A stretch of DNA of 63,908 bases, filler included, from Craspedostauros australis (Eukaryota): assembly GCA_030167865.1 (NCBI GenBank). It is 12 parts of 12 records of this genome, joined end to end, with 100 filler letters (N's around TTAATTAATTAA, not from the genome) between each part and the next. Parts side by side here need not be neighbours in the genome. Positions count along the whole stretch, not along the records: positions 7,448 to 17,443 come from JALAGF010005538.1; positions 17,544 to 21,750 come from JALAGF010005540.1; positions 21,851 to 28,192 come from JALAGF010005542.1; 9 more parts are not named here. One strand, written 5' to 3'. Every line of letters begins with the position of its first letter. Position 1 is the stretch's first letter. Below are positions 12,456 through 24,065 of the stretch, piece after piece. The position numbers and the translations under genes were made by a program. The notes beneath the pieces were generated by a model. The model did no database searches, was not told the DNA's origin, and saw nothing but the letters and a program-made list of their open reading frames with translations.

Positions 12456-13257
12456 CAGACCATCCGATCGTTACATACGTGTAATACCTGCGCCCGTGAG
12501 GTACAGTGCTACCATTCAGATATTCGTGGAGTTGTCCGGTCTGCACCAAGATTCATTCACACAACATGTAGCTCGCAATCATGCGAGTACGAGCTATGCA
12601 CACACTATACTCCAGCACGATCTATGGTTACTGGCAGTACGAGCGAGTACCTGCAAGAATGGCACTAGTACGAATGCAAGAATGGCACTCTGACAGAATA
12701 CTCCACAGCTTTCAAGTGTAGTAGTCTGTCTACCTGATGCTCCTGTACCAGTACCAGTGTGTATGGGACTCTCTGCGTCAATACGATAAGAGCAGAGTAC
12801 TCCTACGAGCTACAATAGGTCGTATGTCTGGTGGGTGAGTAACCATATGTGTAGAGCACGGCCTATGGAACTCGCAAACTAATGGTCTGGCCTGAGGCTG
12901 AACACTGGTGCCGAGGCTCACGGTGACAAACGGACATCCTACAAGCATCTGGGGTGGAGTAGAGCAGCGCGGGACCACGGGGCTGTGAGATTTTATGGAT
13001 TCCCTCGAACAAGATATGAGGACTCTGTTAGAAAGGTTCAACTCGAGCACAACAGCGCGAGAAGATACGAGTACTCTACGTGGCACTCCTCCGAGTTCTG
13101 TTGTGTTGGTCTGTGTTCTGGAAATATGGATCTAATTCTACATTCGTGTCGCGTTCCTGGTGCTCAGCAAGTCCAGGTGTTGTTGCCGCGCACTTGTTGA
13201 ATGTTGAATGTTGGGTGTTGACTGCTGATTGCCTTTGGTGGTGCGAATGCCATCGCA

Positions 13258-15544
13258 TCACAGGCTGTACTCGACTGCGTGTCTGGACGGTGCTTCATCC
13301 TCCTTCAAGGCCTCCTCGGCGGCAGCCTCCTGGTTCACCTCTGGATCTGAGGCGTGCGTCTTGTCCCCAGGCAGATTCCATCGTCCTCCGGTGCTTCTGT
13401 CAGCCTCGCTGACGCTCTCCAAGCCGCTTGGATTGTTGCGTCGCTTGCGAGACTTGCCTTTCTGGCGATTGTATGCCTCGATGTATTCCTTCTTGACGCC
13501 GTCCTTGTCACCACCGGAAACACCGCCGTGGTAGCTGATGTCCAGTCCGACCAGCTCCTCTAGGGAATCGGCGCGGAACCATCCCATGTAGTTCAACCAG
13601 ATGAAGAAAGGGAACATGGTCGCGAACGTCCACCCGACGATGAACAGTATAGCCACGACCTGGTTGGCCAACAGCGCAGCGTCGACTCCATCCGACAGAG
13701 TGTAGAAGAATCCGACGTGTTCGTCGGTTCCGTAGGCATCGCGCATGAAGCGAGGTTCCGAGAACAGCCCGGTCGCAATCATGCCCCACGCCCCACTGGC
13801 CATGTGGACTGGGATGGCATCGACGGCGTCATCGACTCTCATGCGAATGAGGAGGGCGGAGCACCAGAGGTAGACCCACCCGGAAATCACGCCAATCAAC
13901 AACGCTGCCCAGGGCTCCACCGTCGCGCACCCGCTTGTGATGGCGACCAATCCTGCAAGACTCCCGTTCATGCACATGGTGAGGGAAAACGATGGTTCAC
14001 CAGTGCGGCGTTCTTCCAACCAAAGATTGGTGAACAGAGCCGACACGCCACCCGCAGCGCCTGCAAGCGCTGTCGAAACGGCAGCACGTGCTGCAATCTC
14101 TCCATTGTTGGGGCCGCCCAGCAGCAACGCAGAGCCGGGGTTGAATCCAAACCCTGTGTCCGGCGCCGAGGAGGAGGAGGAGGGAGATGGGGAGGAAGCA
14201 TGCGTTCGTATTGCAACGCCGAGCAACCGTGCAAATAGTGCGTGCGTGGATCATGTTGGCGTTGATTGATTTGATCGGTTCGACCGCCAAGCCGCAAGCA
14301 ACATTGGAAAATGCGACGCGCCAAGGCCGAGAAGTTGCGGGATGTGGAAGATTGAAGAAGAGACATTCAGAATGAAGCAGAGATGGTTTTTGTGAGATGT
14401 TCTTGCTTGTAGGTACCATACAGGTCATAGGTGCGTCAGGCCCTCGATACAATCCAGTACGAGTACGAGTACGATTGCGATGAAGATTACGGGGATCAGC
14501 AACAGGAGCAGAGCACAAGCACTCATCTCGTCACTCCCTTCAGACAACCTGTGGGATGCAGGAGTATTCTGTTCCGTTTATAGCATTGCATGCCACTTTG
14601 AGCAGACTGCGCGCACAGAACATCCATCATGGCTGGTCACATCGGGGCTGATTGGTTCTCTGTTTTGCTCGCTCTGCCACAGAGCACAAGTCACGTCATG
14701 CGAGACTTGATTTCGCCCGCGGACAACAGTGGTGCGGCGTGGGATCACATGCGGAACACAAATGCGCGCGCAACGATAACTTACATCCGAACCAAAGCAC
14801 CATGGTGCCCAGCAATTGCAATGCCACAGAATGTCCTGGGAACGGCTTCGGCACCTCCAGCGGCTCACCCTGCGCATCGAAAAACCGACCGCGCCGCGGG
14901 CCAAGGACCCAAGTGGCGAAAAGAGCTGTTACGCCACCTGTGATGTGCACAACTCCACTGCCAGCAAAGTCAACAGCCCCGCTGCCGAGGAAAGGGTCGT
15001 TGGTGGACGTGCTGAGGAAGCCGTTGTTGGACCAGATGGAGTGTGCCACCACGGGGTACACGAAGCCGCTGAGCAGAACAGAGTAGCACAGGTAGGCGGC
15101 CATCTGACACCGCTCGGCCAACGTGCCTGCGACGATGGTGACGGACGTCGCCGAGAAGGTATACTGAAAGAACCAGAAGGCCGAGCTGTTGCCGATGTCC
15201 GCAAAGCTCTTGAGACCGATGAACTTCTTCTCGCCAGAGTCATCCTGACCACCGAAAGCGATGGCAAAGCCGACGAGCCAGAATGCCACCGCGGCCCCGC
15301 ATGCATCTAGGAGGTTCTTGAGCATGGTGTTCTGCACGTTCTTGATGCGCACGCACCCCGCGCACAGCATGGCGAATCCCGTCTGCATGAAGAAGATCAT
15401 GGCGCCTGCCACCACGAAGAGGAACTTCTGGAGGTCCTCGTTGCGGTGCTGCTCCTCCTTCTGCAGCGTCGTTGTCACGCATTCCAGGAGGTTCGTCACA
15501 TTGTCGCCATGGGCTGCCACACATGTTCCGTAAATGTCCGACAT
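13258..15544 (-). CDS. AMT: Ammonium transporter (Amt1 type), 2 exons (15544-14785, 14153-13258), 551 aa
   Basis: FFMQTGFAMLCAG, LKNLLDAC, FFQYTF, IVAGTLAER, DFAGSGVVHITGG, LWFGW|FGFNPGS, NGSLAGLVAITSGC, DDAVDAIPVH and E.VGLD..HG motifs; both pore histidines present. Intron GTAAGT...CAG (14784-14154) restores the WFGWFGFN frame. Confidence 0.95.
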
Positions 15545-15803
15545 TTTGCTGATGTTATGCTGATGTTCTGTGTCGGTCTTTCCGCGCGTTCTGAAGATTT
15601 GGTCGCTCTGGAGACTTGTTGCCTTGTTTCGGTGGCCTGGTGCTCCTTTTTCTCTCCTTTCCTTCCCTTCCCTTTGTGGTCGCTGTCCAACAGTGTCGTG
15701 TGGACTGTTTGCGCCGTCGTATGACTTGCTAGTTTGGTGCGTGCTGCTTTTGGTGAATGGTGCGTCCTCTTTCGTGAAGGTCAATGTTGTGTGTGCGGCC
15801 TCG

Positions 15804-15870
15804 TGTTGAATTGTGTTGAATTGTGTTGAGTTGTGCTGAGTTGTGTTGAATTGCGCTGGGTTGTGTTGAA
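15804..15870 (+). repeat. (TTGTGTTGAA)n 10-bp tandem repeat upstream of the AMT start codon
   Basis: About 6-7 imperfect copies read directly. Confidence 0.85.
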
Positions 15871-16883
15871 CCGCGTCAAACTTCCGCGATCGCGCAGGTG
15901 AGCCTTTTCTTTCTGGATTTTCGCCGATGTTTTGGCGGAAGTGTGCTGTACCAGGTGCTCGTGAGCGTGTACGCAGGTGCGGCCACCAACGAACATCACC
16001 TGAGATCATTGGTCTTCTTGGACTGGTGCGTTTTCTGACCAGCAACCCGGGCGTCGCGCTCGTGTGACCAGAGCGCACAAAAAGCAAAGGAATGAATGGT
16101 GGGCGACTTTCTGCTTCCCGCATTTTCTTTTCCACGTGTGCCTGTTGCGCCATCCTCGCTTGGAATGTCCCCAAAGCGTGTGTGCGATCGAAATTTCTTT
16201 TGTCTTGACACGCGCATGGCCGAAATTGATCCACCACCAACCGGGCGGGCTCCCACCGAGACATCGTAGCAACCAATGAGGTTATTTGATTATCTGTCGT
16301 GACATGCATACATGTCCCAAACGTCGACCATAATGACTGTCCCAACAGCGTCTCTGCACCTGATCAGTATTGCCACTTCTTTGTTCGTGACGCAACATGG
16401 TGCGTGGTCCATCCCACAGCTATTTCTCCGCAATGATAAATTTGGCGGTCAAAGTCGCGATGTGGGCGTTTTTGTCAACCGCGCCTCTGTTCGTGTCCGT
16501 GTCCAAAAAGACGTTCACCGACGATTGGCTCCCATTGCTCGAATACTCCGAATGATACGACCGGAACGACAAACACGAACAGAAGCGGACACAAGTGCAG
16601 ACTGATGACTGGATTATTAGGTATGGCATCGAACAAGGCTGAATGCAAACGACGCCAACCGTTCACATCTGTATAAAATGTAAGTACTCCACACGTCTTA
16701 GTACGAGTATGCATGAAGGCGCAGTCATGGCCAATCCTAATCATATGTAAAACTTGTCTATGCGAATGTTACATGATTCTGTGCGCACCTTCTCCTGCCT
16801 ATTATGCCATATAATAGAATAATGTAATATTCTAGAATATATTATATCCACGAGGAAATTCTGTCGCGATAGAGGACCCCTGA

Positions 16884-16938
16884 TGTCTCAGGAGACAAAC
16901 TTTTTGACCTTTGTGCGAGGACCTTGTCTCCTGAGACA
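16884..16938. repeat. Perfect 15-bp inverted repeat with a 25-nt spacer
   Basis: TGTCTCAGGAGACAA (16884-16898) and TTGTCTCCTGAGACA (16924-16938) are reverse complements. Each arm is itself a near-palindrome, TGTCTC-N2-GAGACA. Confidence 0.85.
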
Positions 16939-18011
16939 AAACCAAAAATAACACGACGTTTCCTCGCGATGGGAAAAGTGGTCGACCAGTTGGACTAAAA
17001 CTAGAATTGGANACTCGTCTCGTCACACATTTTCTTCGTGTATTTTCTTCGTACATTTTTGTTGTCCACGTTTTCACGTAGTAATGGCGTAGTTTCGGAC
17101 ACTCGGTAGGTGTTGTCGTTGTTTGCATTCAATATAAAGTTGCTTGCTCTCTAATTTTAAGCAATGCTATTGCGAATAACACACTGGCGACTACCATAAC
17201 AAGAATAACACAGAGATTAAACCCACTTATGAGGCTGCGCTGGTGGCGCTATTCTCCGTCTCCTTTCAACTTCGTGCGGGGCACGAAGGGAGCACGGAAT
17301 CTATGCTTTGTGTGTGTATGCTGTTTATGTGGTTTTCTCCTTGTGTGCTGCCAAGGGCGTCTTTGCCAGTGGGGGAGGGGGGTTGGGTGAGCTTGTTGTC
17401 TGCATTTCAGCCACTTGAGCAGGGCGCCAGAGGCGGCCGGTTTNNNNNNNNNNNNNNNNNNNNNNNNNNNNNNNNNNNNNNNNNNNNTTAATTAATTAAN
17501 NNNNNNNNNNNNNNNNNNNNNNNNNNNNNNNNNNNNNNNNNNNCAGAGCAACCACAACCTGCACCTTGGAACCACCGCCGTCTTCGCGAGTACCTCGAGC
17601 CCCAGAGACCTTCTCTTCCCGCCGCCAGCGCAATCTGTCGAACATGAAGACTCTGTGTGAAGGGATCAACGCCTGCAGCAACGAGGATGATGCCGCCGTC
17701 TTCGAATCTGCCCTCCTCATGGAGACTGTCGCCATGAACAAGCTGAACCAGGAGGAGGAGAACGACAGTGCCGCCGAGAGTGACGAGGAGATGCATGTGC
17801 AGAAGGAATCATGCCAACGTATGATAATACACATGATAATCAGGCGCAACCACAGTGCGCCACATGACTACATCAACACAACAACACACCCACACATGCA
17901 TGACGCCCCCAAAGATATCTTTGAGAAGCATTGTGAATCTCAGACCATGGTGCCGCTTGCCTCCATGAGAGGCAAAGCGCAGTCGCATGCCATACATATA
18001 CCTGCCACAGC

Positions 18012-18080
18012 ACTACACATCGCAACACAACGCAACACAACGCAGCACATCGCAACACATCACAACGCAACACATCGCAA
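18012..18080 (+). repeat. (CACAACGCAA/CACATCGCAA)n 10-bp tandem repeat
   Basis: About 7 imperfect copies. Confidence 0.8.
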
Positions 18081-18308
18081 TGCATGGGCTGGGCTGGACA
18101 GAGGTACCATGACCTCGCAACATGAAGCGACGTTGAGCACAGAACAGAATACCACCCTCGCATAGTGCAATAAGCGAAGTCCACTGAACAATAGAATAGA
18201 AACGACTGACTTACGCCGACGATGGATGTGAAGAACTTGACAGCTGCCAAGCGAGACTACTTTGACAGGTGGTTGGTTGGTTCTTGTCCAATTTACAGCT
18301 ATGCTCTC

Positions 18309-20177
18309 TCATCTTGCAAGAGGGGTCAAGCAGTCGACAACATCAGTGCGGCCCTTTCGATTCGCAATGTTCAGCGCAGTCAAGCCACTGCTGGTCTTGA
18401 TGCTGATGTCTGCGTTGCACGATTCTACCAAGTACTTGACCGCCTCCAATTCACCACTCCAACTTACCAGCCAAAGTGGAGTTATGCCAGCGTTGTTTTG
18501 AATGTTGATTTCTGCGTTGCAACATTCTACCAAATACTTCACGACCTCCAATCTACCTTTGAAGCACGCTAAGTGCAGTGCCGTGTAGCCATAATTGCTG
18601 GTTTTGATGTTGACATCTGCCTTGCCTTGTTCGACCAACAGCTTTACAACGTTGAGATTCCCATCGAGACTTGCACGATGGAGGATGGTGTGGCCATCCC
18701 GGCCTTGTACCTTCAAATCAGCATCGGGTGCTGCGATCAGATACTTGATAACATCGAGGCGGTTGTGGTAACATGCCTTGTGGAGTGGAGTCTCGTGTGT
18801 GTTGTTCTCAGCGTTGATATTGGCCTTGCCGGATTCATCCAACCACTCCACAACATCAAGATGCCCACGTGCGGTTGCGAGATGGAGGACGGTGTTGCCA
18901 ATCCTGTCTTTTACGTTCAAATCGACATTTGGTGCTGCGACCAGAGACTTGACAGTATCGAAGTGGCTGTTGCGATATGCCTTGTAGAGTGGAGTCTCGT
19001 GTCTGTCGTTCTCAGCGTTGATATTGGCCTTGCCGGATTCAACCAGCCACTTCACAACATCCAGATGCCCATGCGCGGTTGCAAGATGGAGTGCAGTGTT
19101 GCCAGCCTTATTCTTGGCGTTGCCATCCACCATCAGGTCGTCTGATTCCAACAAATGCTTCACAACATCCAGATGTCCATGCACGGTTGCAAGATGGAGT
19201 GCAGTGTTGCCATTGTTGTTCTTGGCATTGCCATCCACCATCAGGTCGTCTGAGTCCACCAAATACTCCACCACATCCAGATGACCTCCAGCACTTGCGC
19301 AGTGAAGCGCAGTGTTGCCATTCCGGTCTTTGGCATTGATGTCCACCTGACCTGACTCCACCAACCATCTCACAACATCCAGAGGGCCTTTGGAATATGC
19401 AGACTGAAGAGCCGTGCCACCAGCGTCATTCTCAACATGAACATCTGCCTTGGACGACTTCACCAGGTACTCTGCAACATCCAAATGACCATTTCTGTAT
19501 GCAACATGAAGTGCGGTATCGCCGTCATTGTTCTGGACGTCGATGGCCACAGCACGAGTCTCCATCACATACTTCAAAACATCAAGATGACCCTTCAGAC
19601 ACGCATCGTGGATCGCAGTATTGCCGAATTCATCCTGCACATTGATGTCAACTCCACATGATCCAACGAGGTACTCCACAACATCCAAGTTCCCATGAAG
19701 ACACGCAGCATGGAGGGCATTCTCACCCTTCTCATCTTGAACGAAAGCACTTGCAGAATATGACTCGATCAGAGTCTTCACGATGGCCACATGTCCCTCG
19801 GTACATGCATTGTGAAGTGCCACCTTGCCGGAGTTGTCCTGGATCTTGACATTTGCAGCATGCGACCCAGCCAGGTATTCCACGACATCGAGGTTGCCCT
19901 GTGCGCATGCATAGTGTAGCGCAGTCTCTCCATACCTAGATTTGGCATTGACGTCCGCTCCACATGACTCCATCAACAGCTTGATCGTTTCAAGGTGGCC
20001 GTTGGAGCTTGCGAGGTGGAGTGGAGTCTTGTCGCGGCTATCCTTGATCGTGTCGATGGAGGTTTGTGGAAATGCTGTCCTCCACGCAGTGAGGGTGTCC
20101 GCATCTCCCTGTTCTGCGGCGCGAAGGAGATCCTGGTTGGTGATGGTTGGCGAGGGTGCATCACCAGGAGTCGACAT
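18309..20177 (-). CDS. Ankyrin-repeat-only protein: N-cap plus about 17 repeats, intronless
   Basis: Repeated G.TALH.A...GHLDVV..L motifs; includes a recent 108-bp and a 204-bp internal duplication. Likely ATG at 20177 (MSTPGDAP). Confidence 0.92.
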   Translation of the reverse strand: MSTPGDAPSPTITNQDLLRAAEQGDADTLTAWRTAFPQTSIDTIKDSRDKTPLHLASSNGHLETIKLLMESCGADVNAKSRYGETALHYACAQGNLDVVEYLAGSHAANVKIQDNSGKVALHNACTEGHVAIVKTLIESYSASAFVQDEKGENALHAACLHGNLDVVEYLVGSCGVDINVQDEFGNTAIHDACLKGHLDVLKYVMETRAVAIDVQNNDGDTALHVAYRNGHLDVAEYLVKSSKADVHVENDAGGTALQSAYSKGPLDVVRWLVESGQVDINAKDRNGNTALHCASAGGHLDVVEYLVDSDDLMVDGNAKNNNGNTALHLATVHGHLDVVKHLLESDDLMVDGNAKNKAGNTALHLATAHGHLDVVKWLVESGKANINAENDRHETPLYKAYRNSHFDTVKSLVAAPNVDLNVKDRIGNTVLHLATARGHLDVVEWLDESGKANINAENNTHETPLHKACYHNRLDVIKYLIAAPDADLKVQGRDGHTILHRASLDGNLNVVKLLVEQGKADVNIKTSNYGYTALHLACFKGRLEVVKYLVECCNAEINIQNNAGITPLWLVSWSGELEAVKYLVESCNADISIKTSSGLTALNIANRKGRTDVVDCLTPLAR

Positions 20178-21249
20178 GAGCGGAATGAGAGACGGTGAGG
20201 CCACGGAGAGTGATGTCCGGACTTGGTGGTTGTGGTTGCGCAATGGTGAGGCGAACAGCGCAAGGAGGCGTGGAAGGATGAAGACCTTGCTGGAGCTGGT
20301 GTGTGTCGAAAAGGGAGAACTTGTTGCTCAGATGTGATCAATGCGACGGGCTTTCATGTGATTTGAATGATTGCTTGGATGATCGTAGTCGCTTGATCGC
20401 ATCTGTGTCTGTTTTTTTATGAGGCTGGTGGTCTGTTTCATGATCGTTGGTGGTGGTGTCCCTTGTTCTGTTTCACGCAGCGTGCATGGCACTGCGTTGA
20501 TTGCTGTTTCACGATGTTTCTCATTTCCCAATGTTGCCGCGATACCGCTCGGTGATTGTCCCATCAACTTTGGCGTCAGCATGAACATAGTCTTGAACAT
20601 TGACTTGGACATGGGCGTGATCGTGAGCGTGAACTTGAACATACTCTTGAACGTCATCGTGGCCAGCCACACCAGGAGAAGTCGATCGTGGCTGCAGGCG
20701 TCGGAAGTCATCATTGTACCAACATCCTTGGAACGTGGAAACGACCGAGGATCCTGCGAGCGTGGAATCACGCAAAGCAACGGAGTCAACATGGGCGTGA
20801 CATGTTCCTTGCCACCAACAATTGCATCTTCTGTCACCATCCTTGTTGTTCTTTTTGTTGGTGCCAACAACTCAAACGAACGCCAAAGCCGCGCCAAAAA
20901 CAAGTCGATCTAGTCGAAGATCCGTGTTTTGGGTTGCGTTGTGGTTGTTGCCACGCTTCACTCATCCACCTGTCGTCCATGATTCATTGTTCTTGAATGA
21001 CGCGCTTGAATTGGTCGTGGTTGAACGACTGAGGAGTCGTCCACGATGACACACACCAACACACTCACACACAAGCACCATCATCGCTACTGTTCAATCG
21101 CAACTCCGTTGGACAACCGTGATGATGACCCTTCCCAACGATCAGAAATGATACCCCATGTGAGGCTTGCAAAGCAAAGCAATGAGACAAGACGAGGAAG
21201 TGCAGTGCCATGACGGAAAAGAAGAGGAGGAAGAGTTCACATCTCTTTA

Positions 21250-21674
21250 TCATCCTAACTCCCCTTCACTATGCTTGCACACAAGGCCACCATGGCGTCG
21301 CGAAGAGCTTGCTTTGATCCGCTCGTATCCACGGCAACGCACATGCCATCATCAACGCCCAAGACTCGTCCAACAAAACGGCACTTCATCATGCTTGTGC
21401 CCATGGTGACGTGGGCGGAGCGAGGTGCTTGCTTGAATTCATCCAAGCCAACGAAGTCTGCATCGACCTCAACGTTCAAGACAAGGAGGATGGGAAAACA
21501 CTGCTTCACTACGCCTGTATCAATGGTGATGCAGATATCGCCGGCGATCTTCTTGACTTCAGTCGAGTCAACAGCTATGCGGCAATCAATTTCAATATCC
21601 GAAACAACTACCATGGCTGCACGCCACTGCATCGTGCCTGTGAGTACGGCGAAGCGGATGTGGTGGAATGTTGA
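21250..21674 (+). pseudogene. Ankyrin-repeat pseudogene fragment, divergent from the 18309 gene
   Basis: ILTPLHYACTQGHHGVAKSLL*...NKTALHHACAHGD...GKTLLHYACINGD...GCTPLHRACEYGE. In-frame TGA at 21315-21317 and a stop mid-repeat at 21672-21674. Confidence 0.75.
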
Positions 21675-21850
21675 AACAGGTCTCAATCCTGTTGCTCATG
21701 TAGACCGGGTGGGGCTACAATTGGTTCACTAAGTTAGTTGTTCTGTTATCNNNNNNNNNNNNNNNNNNNNNNNNNNNNNNNNNNNNNNNNNNNNTTAATT
21801 AATTAANNNNNNNNNNNNNNNNNNNNNNNNNNNNNNNNNNNNNNNNNNNN

Positions 21851-22262
21851 TGTCAAGATGAAGACCGTCTCGACCAGCGACCGTACAAGGACCAGCTCCG
21901 TGGACGGAATCCCGCTGCTGGAACAGAGCTTGAGAAAGACACCCATCACTGCGTGCAGCAGCTCGCAAATGACAAGGAGAAGGAGGCCCCAGGACTCCAC
22001 GGACAGCCAGGATGGCTGGAAGAACATCGCTTCGTTTGTGGCGTTCATTGTGCACAATGTCCTCACGGTGTTTCGGTCTGCGTGCGTCGAAAATGGTTGC
22101 GATTGTGATCGTTGCCGTCGTCGTTGCGGAGACTGCCGCTAATGCTGTGGAGCCCCCCTCTGTCGAATCTCTGCTGTGTGGAATGGGAGGGTCATGACGC
22201 ATCTCCGTAGCCAAACGAGAGGCAGACGCTCTCGTCCTGGTTGTCATCTTCGGTGTCGGCAT
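21851..22262 (-). CDS. EamA/DMT (SLC35G-like) transporter, 5' fragment cut by scaffold end; 5' frame broken by a frameshift or small intron
   Basis: WGLLLLVICELLHAVMGVFLKLCSSSGIPSTELVLVRSLVETVFIL resembles the first two helices of EamA-domain proteins. The upstream ATG at 22262 is in another frame. Confidence 0.55.
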
Positions 22263-22809
22263 GGCTGTTCTTCTGGCTCCGCCAACGCAACACGCGAATT
22301 ACCGGGATGACACCCGGCAAAAAGCACGGTAAACGGAAAGTCGACTAATACGACTAATACGAAACCACAACGGTTCCGCCATCTTGGCATGAGAAAGCCA
22401 CACCCAACTTTCCGACGTCGACGAAGAACGAATCTCCTCGTTCATGTATTTTGTGAGCTGTGTGTGGAGGGTCTTTTGTCTTCGGAGAAACACGATCAGG
22501 TAACTCAAATCTCGTTAAGACGAGTGGAGAGGACCTCATATACACAAAACGCCTTTCTGTGGCTGTGACAGAATTTACCAATCTTGATACTCCGGGTCTC
22601 GTTTCTGTTTATTGGCTGTAGCATATGTTTGCGTCGTCACATAAGCACCCCGTCACCGCGGGCATGCGTCACAACGTCACAGAGAGAGGCGAATAAGTGC
22701 GGCTGACATTGCTCAGACAGAACCACGACATCACTCGCGCCAACGAGCACAAGGTGGAGTCACGCTCCGGAAATTCAGCGCACATGACGGACGGAAAAGA
22801 ACATTGCCT

Positions 22810-22985
22810 CCCAATTGACCACTGCGACCAAATTGATCAAACTACGAGCACTGTAGCGTCTGTACGTTATTCACCAATAAGGTGGATTTCCCATGATTTT
22901 TAACCCTCCATAACTCTAAAGAAGTTGGACGGAACAATTCTAATTCTTTCCATATGATGCATAATATATGATGTAGGAGAATACG
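22810..22985 (-). repeat. Dispersed repeat, part A; reverse-complement copy of about 40860-41030
   Basis: For example, revcomp ataacgtacagacgctacagtgctc...aatttggtcgcagtggtca matches 40973 ataacgcacagacgccacagagctc...aatttagtcgcagtggtca; agaattgttccgtccaa is shared. Confidence 0.8.
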
Positions 22986-23091
22986 TATTGTGGTTAGTAT
23001 TAACATCAAAACGGATCTCTCGACAAAGGTGCAACATTTCGCTGCAGCGGATCCATGTTACTCGAAGAGGGCGCAGGCGGCGACCGCCGAT

Positions 23092-23712
23092 TCAGCAACC
23101 GACTGCCTTGATGGTGAAGAGTTCAGTGACGACATGTTTCTCGATTCCTCGGACCCAGATCTCCATGAACTGGATGTTGGACAGCACATCTGAGGTTACA
23201 CAGAGACTGGGGTCGGCGGAGCATGGGGTGATGATCTTGCCGGTGGCATAGTCCCAGTAGTTGCTGAACTCGGCGAATGGGATGTTGTATACGTTCTTGC
23301 CTGGTCCAGAGATTGGGATGGGCGCGAGCCACCCGTATGGAAATGGATTTCCGAGAGACGGAGGATGACTTCCGATGGCGATGTAATATCCATCGTAGCC
23401 GTGGTCGGATTCCATGGTGATTTCGATGCCACCGCAGCCAGCAATGTTGGGGAAGGACTTGGTGCCAACGATCTTGACGAATCCTGGTCCGTCCATAAAT
23501 GGCTGAAAGAAGAGCAACCCTTCGAAGTAGGAACGATTGGCATCCTGAATGAGGGTGCCTTGGGAGGATCCTTCAGGGATGACCTCGTCGGACGTCACCT
23601 CCCAGCCGCTGCAGCAGTTCGTGAAGTCCTGCAAGAGGAGGTTGTCAGCGTTGGCGGCGGAGAACATGCCCATGAGGGTGGCAACGATGGCGGAGGAAAC
23701 GGAGAGCCTCAT
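23092..23712 (-). CDS. Secreted CIA30 / carbohydrate-binding-like domain protein (206 aa)
   Basis: Signal peptide MRLSVSSAIVATLMGMFSAANA. W..TSDEV..GSSQG, PGFV, FPNIAGCGGIEI, IPFAEFSNYWDYATG...C......C and IKAVGC match the CIA30-like pattern by recall. Confidence 0.7.
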   Translation of the reverse strand: MRLSVSSAIVATLMGMFSAANADNLLLQDFTNCCSGWEVTSDEVIPEGSSQGTLIQDANRSYFEGLLFFQPFMDGPGFVKIVGTKSFPNIAGCGGIEITMESDHGYDGYYIAIGSHPPSLGNPFPYGWLAPIPISGPGKNVYNIPFAEFSNYWDYATGKIITPCSADPSLCVTSDVLSNIQFMEIWVRGIEKHVVTELFTIKAVGC

Positions 23713-23851
23713 GGTGGTGTTGTTTTGTTGTTTTGTTGGTGTTGGTGTTTGGCGTTTGGCGTTTGGCGTTTGATGGGTGGATCTGTCCAAGTTTTGTCTT
23801 TGTGGGGATCTGCCGACACGTTCTTTTGAGCGCTCGGAGAAGCTTCAATTG

Positions 23852-24065
23852 TCAAATGGCCCAAAATGGCCCTTTTCCTTCCATTGTTTGGGCCTTGTTC
23901 GCAATTCTCAAATTTAGGGAGCGTGGTTCTACCTTGTGCCCACAAAGAATCGTTGGTGTGCGCGCGAAACTGCCCTGTTGTGTGGCGAGTGATGTATTGC
24001 AATGTGATGCGGTGCGATGTGCCACGGGCCGCCAACCAGGATGGTGGGCACTATCCTTTTTCCTC
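23852..24065 (+). repeat. Dispersed repeat, part B; direct copy of about 41025-41240
   Basis: cttccattgtttgggccttg...ctaccttgtgc...agaatcgttgg...gtgcgatgtgccacgggccgccaaccaggatggt is nearly identical at both loci. Confidence 0.85.

Noticed and set aside
12770..13070. Possible ncRNA or SINE between Hsp70 and AMT
   Set aside because: No tRNA cloverleaf, A/B boxes or second copy could be identified by eye.
15545..16345. 267-aa N-terminal extension of AMT in the ORF track
   Set aside because: Crosses a 10-bp tandem repeat and promoter-like sequence; Amt-like sequence starts at MSDIYGTC (15544).
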